This document shows positions 48,541 to 62,390 of a stretch of DNA of 64,000 nt, in pieces (within the stretch, counting starts at the first letter, position 1; every line of letters begins with the position of its first letter). The notes under the pieces were generated by a model. The model was not told where the DNA came from and did no database searches. It saw nothing but the letters and a program-made list of their open reading frames with translations. Origin of the DNA: Camelus dromedarius (lineage: Eukaryota). Location of the stretch: NCBI RefSeq assembly GCF_036321535.1, contig NC_087436.1, positions 5,022,001-5,086,000 on the forward strand, in the 5' to 3' direction. A program made the translations under genes and the position numbers.

Positions 48541-51287
48541 ATAGACTTGGAACGGCTTCTGAGACTTAGCTCACCCCTTGGGAATTAAGAGGAACAAGCA
48601 TCAAAAACAACTCAGCTATTTCTTAGTGAGGATGTGAGATACTCCCACTAGAACCAAATCTGAGGATAAAGCAAGATTTATGACAAGACAGACACCATCA
48701 TAAATTTGCAATGTACCAGATGCAGTCCTTACCTTTAAAGGTGAATTTCAGTCCATATTCCTTCCAACGACTCTGCTTTAAAGGTGGGGAAATTATGGTT
48801 TAGGGCGGTTAATTTCCCAAAAGCTAAGCCTGAAACCAGGATTCTAAACCAGACTGGCACTACCCAGGGCACTAGTTGGCTTACTCCAAGTGCTGCCATG
48901 GAAAGATAAAGCACACTGTCCCTGAGGCGTGACCTGTGGTGGCCTGTTTCACGATCTGAGATGAATAACTACTTAGGGTTTATGTATGTATGTAAGTAAA
49001 TCAACACACATTTAAGTAAATGAATTATTCAATTTATTGGAGAGGCTATGCTAGTAAAATAGAAAACAGTATTTTTTAAATCACTCAACTAATTGTCACA
49101 TTCTTTAATCTAGGGAAGCATTATTTCTAAACATTTTGAATTTTATTGGGTCAGGTAATGTTCCTCTTTGCATCTGTAGGTAGGAATGGTTATACCATTT
49201 ATTGCCCAAATTAGGGTACCACTGAGCCCAAGAGGAAAGGCTGTGACTTACCCTGCCTGGAGAGCAGGCGTGAGTGGAATTGTCACAAACAAGTCATATT
49301 TGCCGTCCATCCACTCTAACTCAGACACTTCCAAGATCACCTGGAGGTTCTGCTGTGATTAGCACTAGTGAATTTTCCCTTGGTGGGAAAACAAGAGGGC
49401 GTGGTACCGAAGGCATCACTTCAGGATTTGTCACTGCAGGTTCACAGTGGCATTGGTGGGAATCAGAGCTCAAAATACAGCAAACATGAAAATTCTTCCT
49501 CGCGGTGATGAACATTTACCCTTAGTGGAGACAGAAAGAAAATGCATCTGCTAGTTAAAATGAGACAAAGAAGGCAAAAAACAGTCATTATTGAATAGTT
49601 AGCAGTAAAATATGCAAAATTTGTCATCTGTTATAACTTCCAACTTCAGTCTTCTTATCTATACCTTTATTTGTGCAATGGCTTTAATGCCTGGAAATCC
49701 CTCAGTAGAAATGTCTTCCTATTGCCCTAATAGTGGCTTCTCACTAGGCTATTTCTCTCTCTTTGTCTTGCTAGAGTTTGATGCTGTAACTTGATTCCAT
49801 TTTCCTTATGTTTATACGGCAATAGGTTGTTAGAGAGTATTTGCAGTTAACATTAGGGCCACATATCATCACTGCCTTGTAACACATTGGAACAACCACC
49901 TTGAGAACAGTGCAGTGTCTTTTGCTTGACTTCTACCTCTGTGGTTGCCTTCTGTTTCCTTCCATTGGAGTTCTATCGAAATTTATCATGTTTCCTATGT
50001 ATAAACATATGTCCACAAATCCTAAAGAGTTAACTTTAAACTTCATGGAACTACCATCTGTAAAAGTACTCGCAGGCTTATTTGCAAATCCAGTTTATTC
50101 TTTAAAAAAATGTATTTGATAAAATCTATTCTATTCTACCCAGCAAAGCAATAAACCCAAGAGGAAGTGAGAATGATAGTCAGATAAATTAAAAAATTAT
50201 CTACTTTGCTTTCTGTTTATTCACAGACTTTTACATTAGGGAATTGGGAAGGATGGGCTAAAGCAAAAGCCATATAAAAAGAGAAGATTTTAATGTCAAA
50301 TTCACAGTACACTGAGTTAGTTGGAATTTGACTTTCTATATTTCTTCTTCTACACACTCACTTCATAGCCATCAGTTGTTTCTATACCAGTGCACATAGA
50401 AAAGCCAATGAGCTTTCTACACTTTCTCCTCCTTTGAGTCACAGTCAGTGTGCAAATTTTTCTTAATATTTCAACAAATTTATTGGAGATCTGATTCAAA
50501 AGGCACATTGATCACGTTGAACTTTGGAAAAAGACACAAGTTGGAAAAATAAGCCCTATTTAAATATAATCTCTTTCCACAGCAATACAGTACTTCAGGA
50601 ACTTAGAAAAATCAGTGCCAGTTCATAGGGTTTCTGCAAGGTGGATAGTTACTATTACTGTCTTTATATCAACGGTAAATAGAGGTGGGAGTTTAAGGGA
50701 AGATACAGGCCAGTAAAATAAGATGGAGACTAAAAACATTGTTCAGAGAACCAGGAGCAAAGGACACAGCTACACAGCTCTAGACAATATGAAAAATTCT
50801 TGCATAAATATAAAATGCAAAATAACTCCACATGCATTATAAGCAACTTAATCATTTTCAGGTTTTTCATTAAAGCAAAATGTGTTTCTACTCCCTCATA
50901 TGAGAAAGACATTAATCTATTTTAAACCCTAAAAAAGGAACAAAAAGTGTTAAAATCACTGCACTTGAAAACAGGTGTATATTTTCCTCTTAACATCAGA
51001 AGAATTACCATTTTGAAAATCATTTTCTCTGTGACTAACAAGCACAGGGAAAAGAGGAATTGTGAAAATTAAATGGTCCATTTAGTCAATAGCTGGAAAG
51101 TACAAAATTCTGTAGGCAAGAGACTTCCCAGGGGGAAGGGTAGGGTGATGGATTCAGTTTTAGAGCACCTGACTTGCCTGCCTTGAAATCTGACCTGCTG
51201 TGATATTGCAACCCCAAAGGTATAACAACTTCTAAGTCATCAAAGAAAAAGAAAAACTGGAATACTGGGGTCAGCAAAGTATCTTTT

Positions 51288-52933
51288 TTCAATTTATTTC
51301 AACTGTAAAAAAAGCTCCCCTAAAACAGTTCACCCATTTCTCCCACCCTGACCCCCAATGTCTGGCAACCAGGAGTCTGTTCTTTGTATTTATGAGCTTG
51401 GTATTTGTTCATTTGTTTGTTTGTCTATAGATTCCACATACAAGAGAGATATACAGTATTTGTCTTTTCTGTTCTGACTTATTTCACTTAGCAAATGTTG
51501 TTGCAAATGGTGAGGTTTCACTGTTTTTCATGGCTGAATAATATTCCACTGTACATATACACTACATCTTCTTTATCCATTTGTTCATTGATGGATACAA
51601 GTTGTCTCCATATCTTGGTTATTATAAATAATGTTGCAATAAACATTGGGGTACAGATACCTTTTCAAGTCAGTGTTCTCATTTTCTTCAGATAAATATC
51701 CAGGAGTGGGACTGCTGGATCATAAGGTAGTTCTAGTTTTAATTTTTTGAGGAGCCTTCATACTGTCGTCCACAGAGGCTGTACCAATTTACATCCCCAC
51801 CAACAGTGTAGAAGGGCTCCCTTTTCTCCATATCCTTGCCGACACTTGTTATTTATTGTTTTTTGAGAATAGCCATTCTGACAGGTATAAGGTGATATCT
51901 CATTGTGGTTTTGATTTGCGTTTCCCTGATGTTTGGTGATGTAGAACATCCTTCCATGTATCTGTTGGTCATCTGTATGTCTTCTTTGGAAAAATGTCTA
52001 TTCAGATCTTCCACCCATTTTTTAATCAGATTTTTTCGATCGGTTGCTGAGTTCTTTATGTATCTTGGATATTAACCCCTTATCAGATACATGATTTTGC
52101 AAATATCTTCTCCAATCCAGTGGGTTGCTTTTCATTTTGTTAATGCTTTTCTTTGCTGTGCAAAAGCTTTTTAGTTAGATGTTTGGTTTTGCTTGTGTTA
52201 CTTTTGCTATTGGTGTCAGATTCAAAAAATGCTCACCAAGACCTATGCCAAAGAGCTTATCACCACCTATGTTTTCTTCTAGGAGTATTACAGTTTCAGG
52301 TCTCACATTCAAGTCTTTAATTCATTTTGAGTTAATTTTGTACATGATGTAAGATAGTCGTCCAGGTTTATTCTTTTGCATGTGTTTGTCCAATTTTCCA
52401 GCACCATTTATTGGAGAGATTATCCTTTCCCTATTGTATATTCTTGGCTCCTGTGGGCTCTCTATCTGTTCCATTGACCTATGTGTCTGTTTTTATGCTA
52501 GTACCATGCTGTTTTAATTACTGTATCTTTGTAAAATAGTTTGAAATCAGAAAGTGTGATGCTTCCAGTTTCGTTCCTTCTCAAGGTTGTTTTGGCTATT
52601 CAGAGTCTTTTATGGTTCTACACAAATTTTAGGATTGTTTGTTCTAGTTCTGTGAAGAAGGCCATTGGAATTTTGATAGGAATTGCATTGAATCTGTATA
52701 TTGTTTTTGGTAGTATTGACATGTTAGCAATATTAATTCTTCACATCCATGCACATGGAAAGATATCTTTCCATTTATTTGTGTCTTTTTCCACTTTTTG
52801 CCTTTAATATATTTTAGTTTTCAGAATATAGGCCTTTCATCTCCTTGGTTAAATTTATTCTTAGGTATTTTATTATTTTTGATGCAATTGTAAGTGGAAT
52901 TGTTTTCTTAATTTCTCTTCTGAGAGTTTATTA
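51288..52933 (-). mobile_element. Intermediate-age L1, 5'-truncated, degenerate 17-bp TSD
   Basis: Minus peptide [26 protein letters not shown]; tcagcaaagtatctttt (51271-51287) vs ttagccaagtctccttt (52934-52950), 13/17 identical. Confidence 0.92.
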
Positions 52934-54259
52934 TTAGCCAAGTCTCCTTTAATCAAAGCAATATAAAACCTCTCCTAATCAATTTCATTTAGAAAGATAT
53001 TTCCTATAATATTGCTTTTCATCTGTGCATAAAAATCAAAATAGTATGTATTACTAAGAACTATAATTCAATTACTAAAATTTTATGTAGTCTTATTATT
53101 AAAATACTGACAATTTTCAAAATATATACATTATTTTTTGTGGCAGAGAACTATGATATAGCAAATAATAAAACATTTTCAACCATAACATGTATATTAT
53201 GTTAAAACAAAAGTCCATTAAGGAAGTGGAATATAAATACAGCTTCAGGAGAAACAAAGGACCACGGTGAATGTTCCAGCTGTGAGGGAAGAGCTTTCCG
53301 TCAATTTATAAAGTAGACGTTGCTGAGTGTGAAGTCATTATGATTCTTAGGTTCCATGGGATACATTTATGAAAGTGCTTTAACAGATTTACATTAAAAT
53401 CTCCATATTTGTGATACAGTGGAAGTCATATCTTTGTATTTTTAAATATATATAATTTATGTCAGTATAACATTTTAAATATAAATATAAAATTTTTGAG
53501 GTCAACTTAAAAGTGTGCAGAGGAATATTCATATTTTCCAAATCCTATATGGTCATGCCCACGCAAAAATAAAGCTTGAAGACCACTACTCGGGGCAATG
53601 TCATATAAACTACCCAAATAACATAAGTCCTGAAAGTAGATTTGAGACTGCCAACTGACGTTTTCTGTATCAATTAACATAATGAGGTAACTGGAAGCTT
53701 TTCCAGGTGTTCTGTGTTGTGCAGACAAAGGCTCATATAAAAGCCCAAGGTCACAATCCACAGAGATAAGCCCTGAACTTTCATCTCTAGTTCTCATATG
53801 AGAAGTTTACCAAATGCTGTAATTAATGTGTTTCACACCTGAGTAAATTTTCTCCCAAGACATTCAATTTAGACGTTGAAGATCAGTTTCTTCAGCAATC
53901 CAATATTTTAACCTTTAGTCATGAACGTGAGAAATGCATACAGGGTATTTGCTTTGATGCTAAAAAGAAATGATGATACAAAAATAAAATCAGCTTCCTC
54001 AAAAAATTCCTTAGAAATTAAAATAAGCATCATTTTTAAAAACACTTAAACTTATCAGAACTGAATTAATAGCTTTGCTGCATATGTTTTCAGGCACCTA
54101 AAAATAAATTACTTGAAAATCTGATATTTTAGGCATAATTCAATTCTTACTTTTTATTTATAAACAGTGTGTGGCTATTTTATTTAAAATGCCTTACTAA
54201 ATATTTTATAAGCTAACACCTTAATAGCCTGCTCATTTGTCTTCCCATTTCTAACTCAT

Positions 54260-54740
54260 CTACCCTCTGTTCTCTCCATAGTGAAGGGGACCACAAACTG
54301 GAATACATCACTCCTCTACTGAAGACATTTTAATAGTTTCCCATAAATCCCAATCCTTGACTGTGTCCTAAAGATCCTCACCTCACCAGAATCCCGTGTT
54401 CCAAACAACAGGCTGCTCCCTTTCAGCTCAAATAACTAAGAGGCCAAACTGGTGAACACCTTCTGATGCAGCAAATCAGTCTCCGCATCGCTGCCCCCAT
54501 CCCTGCCCCTCACCTTGCCTCCAGTGTGAGCTCCATGACCATTTCCCAGGAAAGCCTCTTCAAGCAGTGCTATTTCCTCTGTCACCTTTACCTCTTGCAT
54601 GACTATGCACATACTCAGTTGCATACTTGTGTTTACCTGTGTCTCCCGATGGACAGGAATCAACCTGCGATTACCTTTCATACACCCATATCTTGGCGCA
54701 GTAGCTGGATGCACATGGTATCTGAAAACTGCTGAGTGAA
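54260..54740 (+). mobile_element. L2 3' region
   Basis: catcactcctctactgaagacattttaatagtttccca...atttcccaggaaagcctctt...ttgtgtttacctgtgtctccc...gctgagtgaa. Confidence 0.65.
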
Positions 54741-55068
54741 CAGTAGCTCCTTGTGGATTTCAGAGCATCACTACACCAGAAGTCTCAACCACTTAGATGG
54801 ACCTCGTTACATATGTATCATCCTCGTGCACATGTGTAATTATCATTGTCAGACAACTGACTAAAAGACTGAATACAACAACATAATGACCAGGATATGC
54901 AAAAAGTAACCTTTGACATGAGAGTTTTTTCCTCCATTTAGACTTAATCTTATAATCAGTGAACAATAGAGACCAGAGGTTTGTTGGACATACTTACACA
55001 CGTACCATAGGAATTCTCAGCAGACTTCAATGCCTTCAATATTGCTAAGTTATGTTTGGAGCACATTT

Positions 55069-55072
<4 letters not shown>

Positions 55073-55107
<35 letters not shown>
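55073..55107. repeat. (TG)17 microsatellite
   Basis: Perfect TG run. Confidence 0.98.
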
Positions 55108-55109
<2 letters not shown>

Positions 55110-56919
55110 AATTTCCTGGATTAGCACCCATTGCTGCACCCAGATTTATTTTCTGGTGGGTCTTCCTTTCTTCCCTCCAACACATCTCACAAGCTACTGC
55201 AGGATTAAGTGTCTTCAAACATTCCATAAAAGATTTTATTATTTCCCTAATGACAATTATTTTCAGTTACATTTTGTTTCCTACAGAACCGAATTCCAAA
55301 ATCTTGGCAAGGCTGGTAGCACCAATACTTTTTTGTACTCTCACTTCCACATTATGTTTAAATACAGAAAATTTGGAATTTAAAGAAATAGGAAACACTG
55401 CAATCTTGAGACACTCTCCAGAGTTAACTTTCTTAAATTTTCGAAGTGAGCAAAAGTAAGGTAATTTGGAGAGTATTTTTCTATAATTAAATTTTAAAAA
55501 GAAGAAAATGATATTTGATAAAGCAAAATGTTCATTAATATAAGAATAATTCTTATTTGTTTCAAAGATTTCCAGATAAGAGGAATACAAATATATCTTG
55601 AAACAAATAGTTATTGTGCATGAAAATCTGCATTTATGAAGGATTAAATAAAAGATGAAGAAAACCAATAATGCTTTCATTAGAACAAAATCTGTTCAAT
55701 AAAAAGATAGCAAGGAGAGGTGGTTATTCACCAAACACTTCTTAAAAGTTACCACCTAAAAAAGAGATAGAATTATTTGAAGCATAAAAAGTCAAAATTA
55801 GCAATCTGACTTGCCTTAGAACTACATTCTCTTCATTTCTCTGACCACCTTAAGGGCAAAAAGCACTTTTTAAAGTACTTTTCTAAACTAGAGAAATTTG
55901 CACAAACCTCAACCATGACACTGCTGATACACCTTTTTTTTTTTAAAGATACGTTTAATAAAACAACAAATTATCTACCTTTTACATAATGTTTACTTTT
56001 AATTGAGTGAGACAAAAATATCACTTGCTAATTTGTATTTAAATGATATCAACTTAATATTAAGTTTCTTATAAATGTATCTTTTTACTTAATATGGAAT
56101 GTGTTTCTTTATATGTAAAACATTAATATCTAGTATCACTGTTCCTTCCATTTGATGCTGTTAATTCTAATCAGTTTTTTAATGGTACTGATTCTAGTAT
56201 TTCATAATCATGTGAAATTAAGACAAAATTCCCCTGGGGTTTGTTTCTCCTCTTCCCAAACCTCACCTGGCTCCTCTGATTCTGCCTGCACTCCCTCTCC
56301 TCTGGAGGTCAGAATTCAGTTTAAACCCACTATTTACAGTGTGGAAGGGGGGCTTCCGGAAAGCAGAGGGTTTGTCACTGCTGTCACCACTGTATTTCCA
56401 GCGTACTGAATATTTGGCACCTAAATGCACTCAGTAAACCTTAGAACAAACCAACGGAATTGATGATAAATTATCTTGCTTATATCCTAAGGCTTGCAAG
56501 CCTCTTCTGTTAACTTCTCCAAATATATCACAAATCCCTCCTCAGACATGCCAGCATTTAACAGGTTTGTATCTGCACGCCTGGCCCTCTTTCTATTGAG
56601 CTCTGGTCCTGCCAGTTGAGCAACTAATTCCAGATGAATGGAAGACGCTGGGCCGACGTGCCCGGCTGACCTGCTAGGCTTAGCAAGCATGAATCGTTGA
56701 AAGAGAAGCACTCTATTTATGCTTCATGTTCTCGAAAGCAGTGGGATAAATGTCAGTGATACTTGCACTTAAAAATGAGTGAAGAGGTAAACTAGAAAAT
56801 AAATCTCAAGGAACAAGTTTCCCTAAATAACTTTGTGATTAACGTCCAAAGTTTCTACACAATAGCTAACTGAAATTTGATTTCAACAAAGGATGTTGCT
56901 TTCGCATCTATGATTTACA

Positions 56920-57150
56920 GAGGGCACGGTTCCCAACGCTCTTTAAGAGGATGTTTTCCTAAGACCAGTGAGTGACTCTCGGCTCTGATGTCAGCCTTCT
57001 GTCTGCGGCTGCACCAGCGTCTGCAGAGGTCAGTGCCGGTGACCGCCCTGCCGTCCCCCGCTTCCCCTCGGCCGCCTGTAATCACCGGCTTCCTCTAATC
57101 TTTCCACTTCGTCTGCCCCGCCTGCTAATTCCTTGCTCCTAAGTCGGCAC
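56920..57150. promoter_or_regulatory. Small CpG/GC-rich patch (candidate regulatory element)
   Basis: About 15 CpGs in about 230 bp in a CpG-depleted window; GC-box-like ccgccc and ccccgcc; no repeat recognised. Confidence 0.4.
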
Positions 57151-58820
57151 ATCTTCTCTGCACTCTTGACTTCTCAGTGCCTGATTTTATATTTTTAAAG
57201 TATAGAACTAGTGTTGTTGTTGTTGTTTTTTTTACAATTTGATCTCCCTGTACAAAAAAAGCAAAGATGAAAAATAAAATAACAAACTACAAAATGCAGT
57301 TCCTACACGTAGAAAATTATAAAGTGGTTTTCCTTCCAATTAAAAACAAGTTGCTTTAGTAGACAAACATTATTGTTCTGCCTCCAACATTATATTATAT
57401 CGTATCACCTTCTTTCTGGTCTCTGAAGCTCAGAGCTACAAAAAAATTTTACTTTGAAGAAAATTAAATTAAATAATAAAGGTTGCTAACAAACCAGCCC
57501 AGTTGCCTCAGTGGCTTTTACTTTTTGACTTGTTTTTTCCCAGCTTTGTTACAGAAGCCAAAAAACAAAGAATAGAAAGTGTTTGAAGCCAGGAATCCAC
57601 ACACTACACCACTGTATAATATCTTCACCCTTAGATATTGTATTTTTACTCTGCACTGTTGGACAACATGCTATCAAAAAGAATTGATTTATTGATTTCA
57701 TTTCTAAGGTGCATAAAGATAAGGCACCTTAGAAATTCCTAAAGCCTGACCATATAGTATCCTTTTTCTATTTGGGGGGAAAATTCTATGTATGATTTCT
57801 TTGGAAGATTCGAAACATTTTCATTTTATAGCTACAAAATATAAAAATTACAACTGTGCAGGTTTTGCTTCAAAATCATCAGTCACTGTTTCTGTAAAAG
57901 ATAGTTCTGAATGTATAGAAATGTTAGTGACCATGATTAATCAGGGCAAGGGTTCACACGAGTGTTTACTTGATTCTCTCTCTCTCATCAGAGCCTGGGT
58001 ACCTCAGGTTTGACCTGGCAACTGTCCAGAGGGATTTGCTCCCAATTATTTTGATCTGATGTCCTTTGTCTCCGTGATGACAAAGCAATAGCATGGTTTT
58101 CATCAAAGGCAGGAAATGCATTACTCTTTCTTTGATCTCAGAAAGGGGAATTCTTGGGTAGAAAGGTGAGACGACAGCCCTTAAGACTTTCGAAATGCTC
58201 TAATCTGAAAATAAATAAACTATTTTAATGTGAAAAGTTAGAAAATTCCTAAAAGCACCCTTCCAAAATAATAAGCCCTGATTTTATATGAATCTTTAAA
58301 TCAAAATGACTCCTCCTCTTTTAAACAGCTATGTATCTCTGAGTCCCAAATTGGGGATGCTTTACTTAGCCAGAAGCCTGAAACTATGCTTTTAGCATGA
58401 AAATAAATAATATTCTGCAACTCTATCCTTTATCTTGAAGAATTATGTTGTCAAGACCTTTCTCTCTCTCTTCTCTCCATGTGTTTGAACTCGTGATTGA
58501 ACTAGCGTGATCTGTTACCCCCTCTCCTTGCCTTTTCTGAGTTTCCGTCTTCCTTCCTTCCTTCCTTCCTTCAGCTGTCAGCATTCTGCTCACTTCCTCA
58601 GCCAGCTCACTGAGGGCTTGCACCCAATTATCTTATTTTTTCTTGTTCAATGTGTGTAGAGGCCTGAGTGTGAAGGGCACCTGTATGTCTCTCCCTGTTT
58701 GGAGACACGTGAATATTAACAAGAATTAGTCTATTTACATAAAATTAGGTATGACTTTTATTCCATACTTCAACAAGAAGTTCAGAAAACCACAAAAAAC
58801 AATTTTATCAAAAGATATTT

Positions 58821-59595
58821 GATTCACACCTTATTCTATACACAAAACATCAATTTGAGGTAGATACTATGATTGAACACAAATAGCTAAAGCTATAAAG
58901 CTTCTAGAAGAAAACCTAGGAGAGTATCTTCATGACCTTGGGTTGACACAGATTTCTTAGACAAAACACACAGAAATATTAATGATAAAAAGAAATCCAT
59001 AAATCAACTTCATCAAAATGTAAACTTCTGCACATTAAAAATACCATTAGAAAAGTAATAGGAAATTTCTGCACATTAAAAATATTATTAAATGTAAAAT
59101 GATTATAAATCAATAAAAAATGTTTAAAAATTATTAAAAAGTTGAGATAGGCTGGTAAAATATTCACAAAAACATATATTTGACAAAGAACTTGTGCCCC
59201 AAAGTCAAACAATATAATAAAAATGGACAAAATATGGAAGATAGAAAAATGGAAAATTAAACATATTAAAAAATGAACAATGTTGGTCTGTAAGAAAATG
59301 CATGTTATAAGGTGCTGAACACAACTAATCTATATAAAAATGAGACATTCCTTCATACCACCTAGAAATAAAATGGAAAAGACGGACAAAATATTGATAA
59401 GAATATGATGCACCTGGAACTCTCATCTGTTGCTTGCTGGAGATCTGCCAAACCCAAGGACACCATTCATAAATGGAAATTTACCCAAAGAACTTAAAAT
59501 TTCTGTCCCCAAAACCTGCCACATAGCTTCATAGCATCTTTATTCACAGTAGTCCAAACTAAAAACCACCCAAATGTCCACCATTAGGAGAGTAA
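58821..59595 (+). mobile_element. Old L1M ORF2 3' fragment
   Basis: agctataaagcttctagaagaaaacctaggagagtatcttcatgaccttggg...catagcatctttattcacagtagtccaaact...caaatgtccacca. Confidence 0.85.
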
Positions 59596-59599
59596 TCTG

Positions 59600-60065
59600 A
59601 TATAGAACACGATAAGAAAGACAGAAAATAGATTCTATGTTAAAGTAGAAGTTTTATTGAGATAATGCACGGGGAAGGGAAAGAGGCAGCAGCACTTCAA
59701 TTAAGAAGAAAAGAAGAAGAAAAAGGAAAGGAAAAGAAAGGAAAGAAAGGCCGCGGGATGGAAGAAACGAATCATTACCACATAATGCGTGTCTGAGAAA
59801 GTTTCCACTCGCTCAACCTGACCCTGGAGCCAAGACTGACAATCAGCGCTGTCTGCTTTGGGTGGAAATCTTGGGCCACCTGCTTAAGCAGGAACTGCCT
59901 GGGGGCTACTCCAAGAAGAGCTTGTCCTTAAGCGACTGCCACCTGACTCAGTCATTGGCTCGGTATCTGTATCTCCTAAAATAGTGTGTCCTGGGCTCAA
60001 AGGCTGAGGCAGACGCTGCAGAAGCTCAGAGTGAGAGGCTGTCAGGAGCCATCTCCTGGCACCGG
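59600..60065 (-). mobile_element. Ancient ERVL-type LTR (LTR16-like), interrupted by a purine repeat
   Basis: agttttattgagataatgc...ctggagccaagactg...gactcagtcattggct...ctgggctcaaaggctgaggcagac...gagaggctgtcag. Confidence 0.5.
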
Positions 60066-61304
60066 GTTGTATGCTGGTTGTAAGCTGAGGGGAATAAGCT
60101 GATAGAGAAGGAATAATTGAAGATCTCAGAAAGGAGGTAAGAACCGTTGGAAAGAAGTAGTCTTATTCTTCCTTCGAAATGATGCAAGTAAGGAAGAATG
60201 AGCACATCTGTAGGTATATTTAGAAGTAGAGGGTCGACTTCACGAGGAAACCTGGCTAAGGATGGAATGAGCCCAAGGCAGGAAAGGAGACCCTGACATG
60301 TGTAGAAACCAGTCCGAGCTCAGTCTCAGGAACAAGACATCCTCTATTAAACCATTTGGTGCCAGAATTTGACTAGAGGTCCCATCTGAAAACTGGCTCC
60401 AAACCCCAACACTGACTCAACTGAGCCTGTCTACACGCCCCACTTCTAATTCCTTCCCTTTCTCTGCCTCTTCCACCTTCTCTTTCTCGGGACAAATAAC
60501 ATACTTAGTGTTCTTCCAGTGCGGCCCCCAGGGGTCTCCATCCCATGAGGAGTCTTCTGGGAGCAGAAATCCCCCTCCCCAGTGCCCAGCATCCTTTACC
60601 ACCCCTTCTCCTCCCTGGACCACTTAGATTTGACAATGCTTGTGCTGAGTCAGACTTAATATATTAATGCTTATGATAAAAGCATAACGAATATAATCAT
60701 CAGAACAACCATCTAAGTCATGACAACAAGTCACAGAGAGTGAAATAAATTCCCTTGGAGCACATTTCACAGGCAGTAAGTGGTACTGAAAGTGTCAAAT
60801 GCAGGCGCAATTCCTCTGAAACCCTTGCTTTTTCTGTGACCCCGTTAATCCCATCAAGAATGGATTGAGAGGCCAACCTGAGAAAATGGTATTCATGTTC
60901 TCAGATATTATTCTCTGAGCAAAATCGAGCTAAAGGCTTTGGAGATTTGGGGTTGAATTTTCAAAGGATCTCCAGTGGGCTTGTGTTTTGAGCATTTGCA
61001 ACTAAATAGTTCATGAGTAATTCCAAAACAATGCAAACCGGTCTCCAAAGGAAATTAAGTAAAGTCGAGCTGCGCTCAACACTTTCAAATACGACTAAGC
61101 CCTTTTCATTTTCTCCAGAAATCCGCACCATTGTAGCCAGGATTTACCATCTTAAACTCTCTAAATACGGAGCAAGTAACACATGCAAGTGCACATGAAT
61201 TTTATTACTTGTTAGTCTCTGTAAAGCTCAAGTGTGCCAGGGAAAGTCAAAGGTTTACTTGAATTTGTATTTTATTGTATTTTCAGATGTTGTGAAAAGA
61301 ATTT

Positions 61305-61710
61305 AATAATGCCATTTCCAGCAGCACGGATGGACCTAGAGATGATCAGACGGAATGAAGTAAATCAAACAGAGACAAATATCATATGATATCACTTATA
61401 TGAGGAATGTAAAAAGATGATACAAATGAACTTATTTACAGAACAGAAATAGACTCACAGACATAGACAGCAAATTTATGGTTACCATATGGAAAAGGGG
61501 AGGGGTACATTAGGAGTGTGGGATTAGCAGTTACACACTACTGTATATAAAATAGATAAAAAAAAAAAGCAAGGACGTACTGTACAGCCCAGAGAACTAT
61601 GTTCAGCACCTTGTAATAGCCTATAATGGAAAAGAATCCAAGGTTGTACCCCTAAAATTAACACAATATTTTAAATCAACTATAGTTAAATAAAACAAAA
61701 ATCAAAAAAC
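61305..61710 (+). mobile_element. Older-type L1 3' end
   Basis: aataatgccatttccagcagcacggatggacctagagatg...gggattagcagttacacactactg...cctataatggaaaagaatc...aaatcaactata. Confidence 0.92.
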
Positions 61711-62204
61711 TTCACAGAAAAAAAATAGCGTTCATATTTTATCATCAGGGTAATTTAGAAGCCTCAAATCGAAGGAGGGTAGACAAAAATGCAACATTCT
61801 CTATCAAGAGGGAAATGAATGTAAATATATGTGAGCGACACGGTGTTTAACGGTTCAGTTGTGGCGGAACTGGATGTGCTGTGTAAAGCAATCCTGACGC
61901 ATCTGTGAGTGCTGAGTAAGGTAATCGCACCTTGTGCGAAATTCTGCACAATGTCTTATCAAATAATAGTAATAACAATATCAAAACCCTAAGAACTTGC
62001 TTCTTTTTTGTAAGTCAGTTGGCTATTGAAAGACTTAGTAAGATAAATCTTCCCCAGGTTCTCTAGAGTTTGAGGTAGAAGGACTTCAAGACAAGAGAAC
62101 CCTCAGGCAAAACGACTAGCTGATGGCTTGACTGAGCGGCTGTCATTCTAGAAGGTAGCTCTCTGTGAGTCCACACTGGTTCTGCAGCCAAAGTTTAACA
62201 CCAG

Positions 62205-62390
62205 CAAAGATCAATGACTTTCAAGCTGGGCATCGGGCTCACCTGGGATATTTGTTTGAAACCCAGCTTCTTGCGCGATATCCTAAATGTTTCTACACCA
62301 ATAAAACTAAAGTAGGATCCAGAAATCTGCACTTACATCACTTCCAGTGTTACTGCTGGTTCAGGCACAGCACTTTGAAAAGTATGTGTT
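62205..62390. mobile_element. MER5-like hAT-Charlie MITE
   Basis: gctgggcatcgggctcacctggga...ggatccagaaatctgcactt...gctggttcaggcacagcactttgaaaag. Confidence 0.55.

Noticed and set aside
48892..48905. Second X-box gctgccatggaaag
   Set aside because: Mismatches fall in both outer GTT/AAC arms needed for RFX binding.
53839..53960. Minus-strand AG...GT-bounded segment as a coding exon
   Set aside because: All three frames contain stops, and nothing else supports even a non-coding exon.
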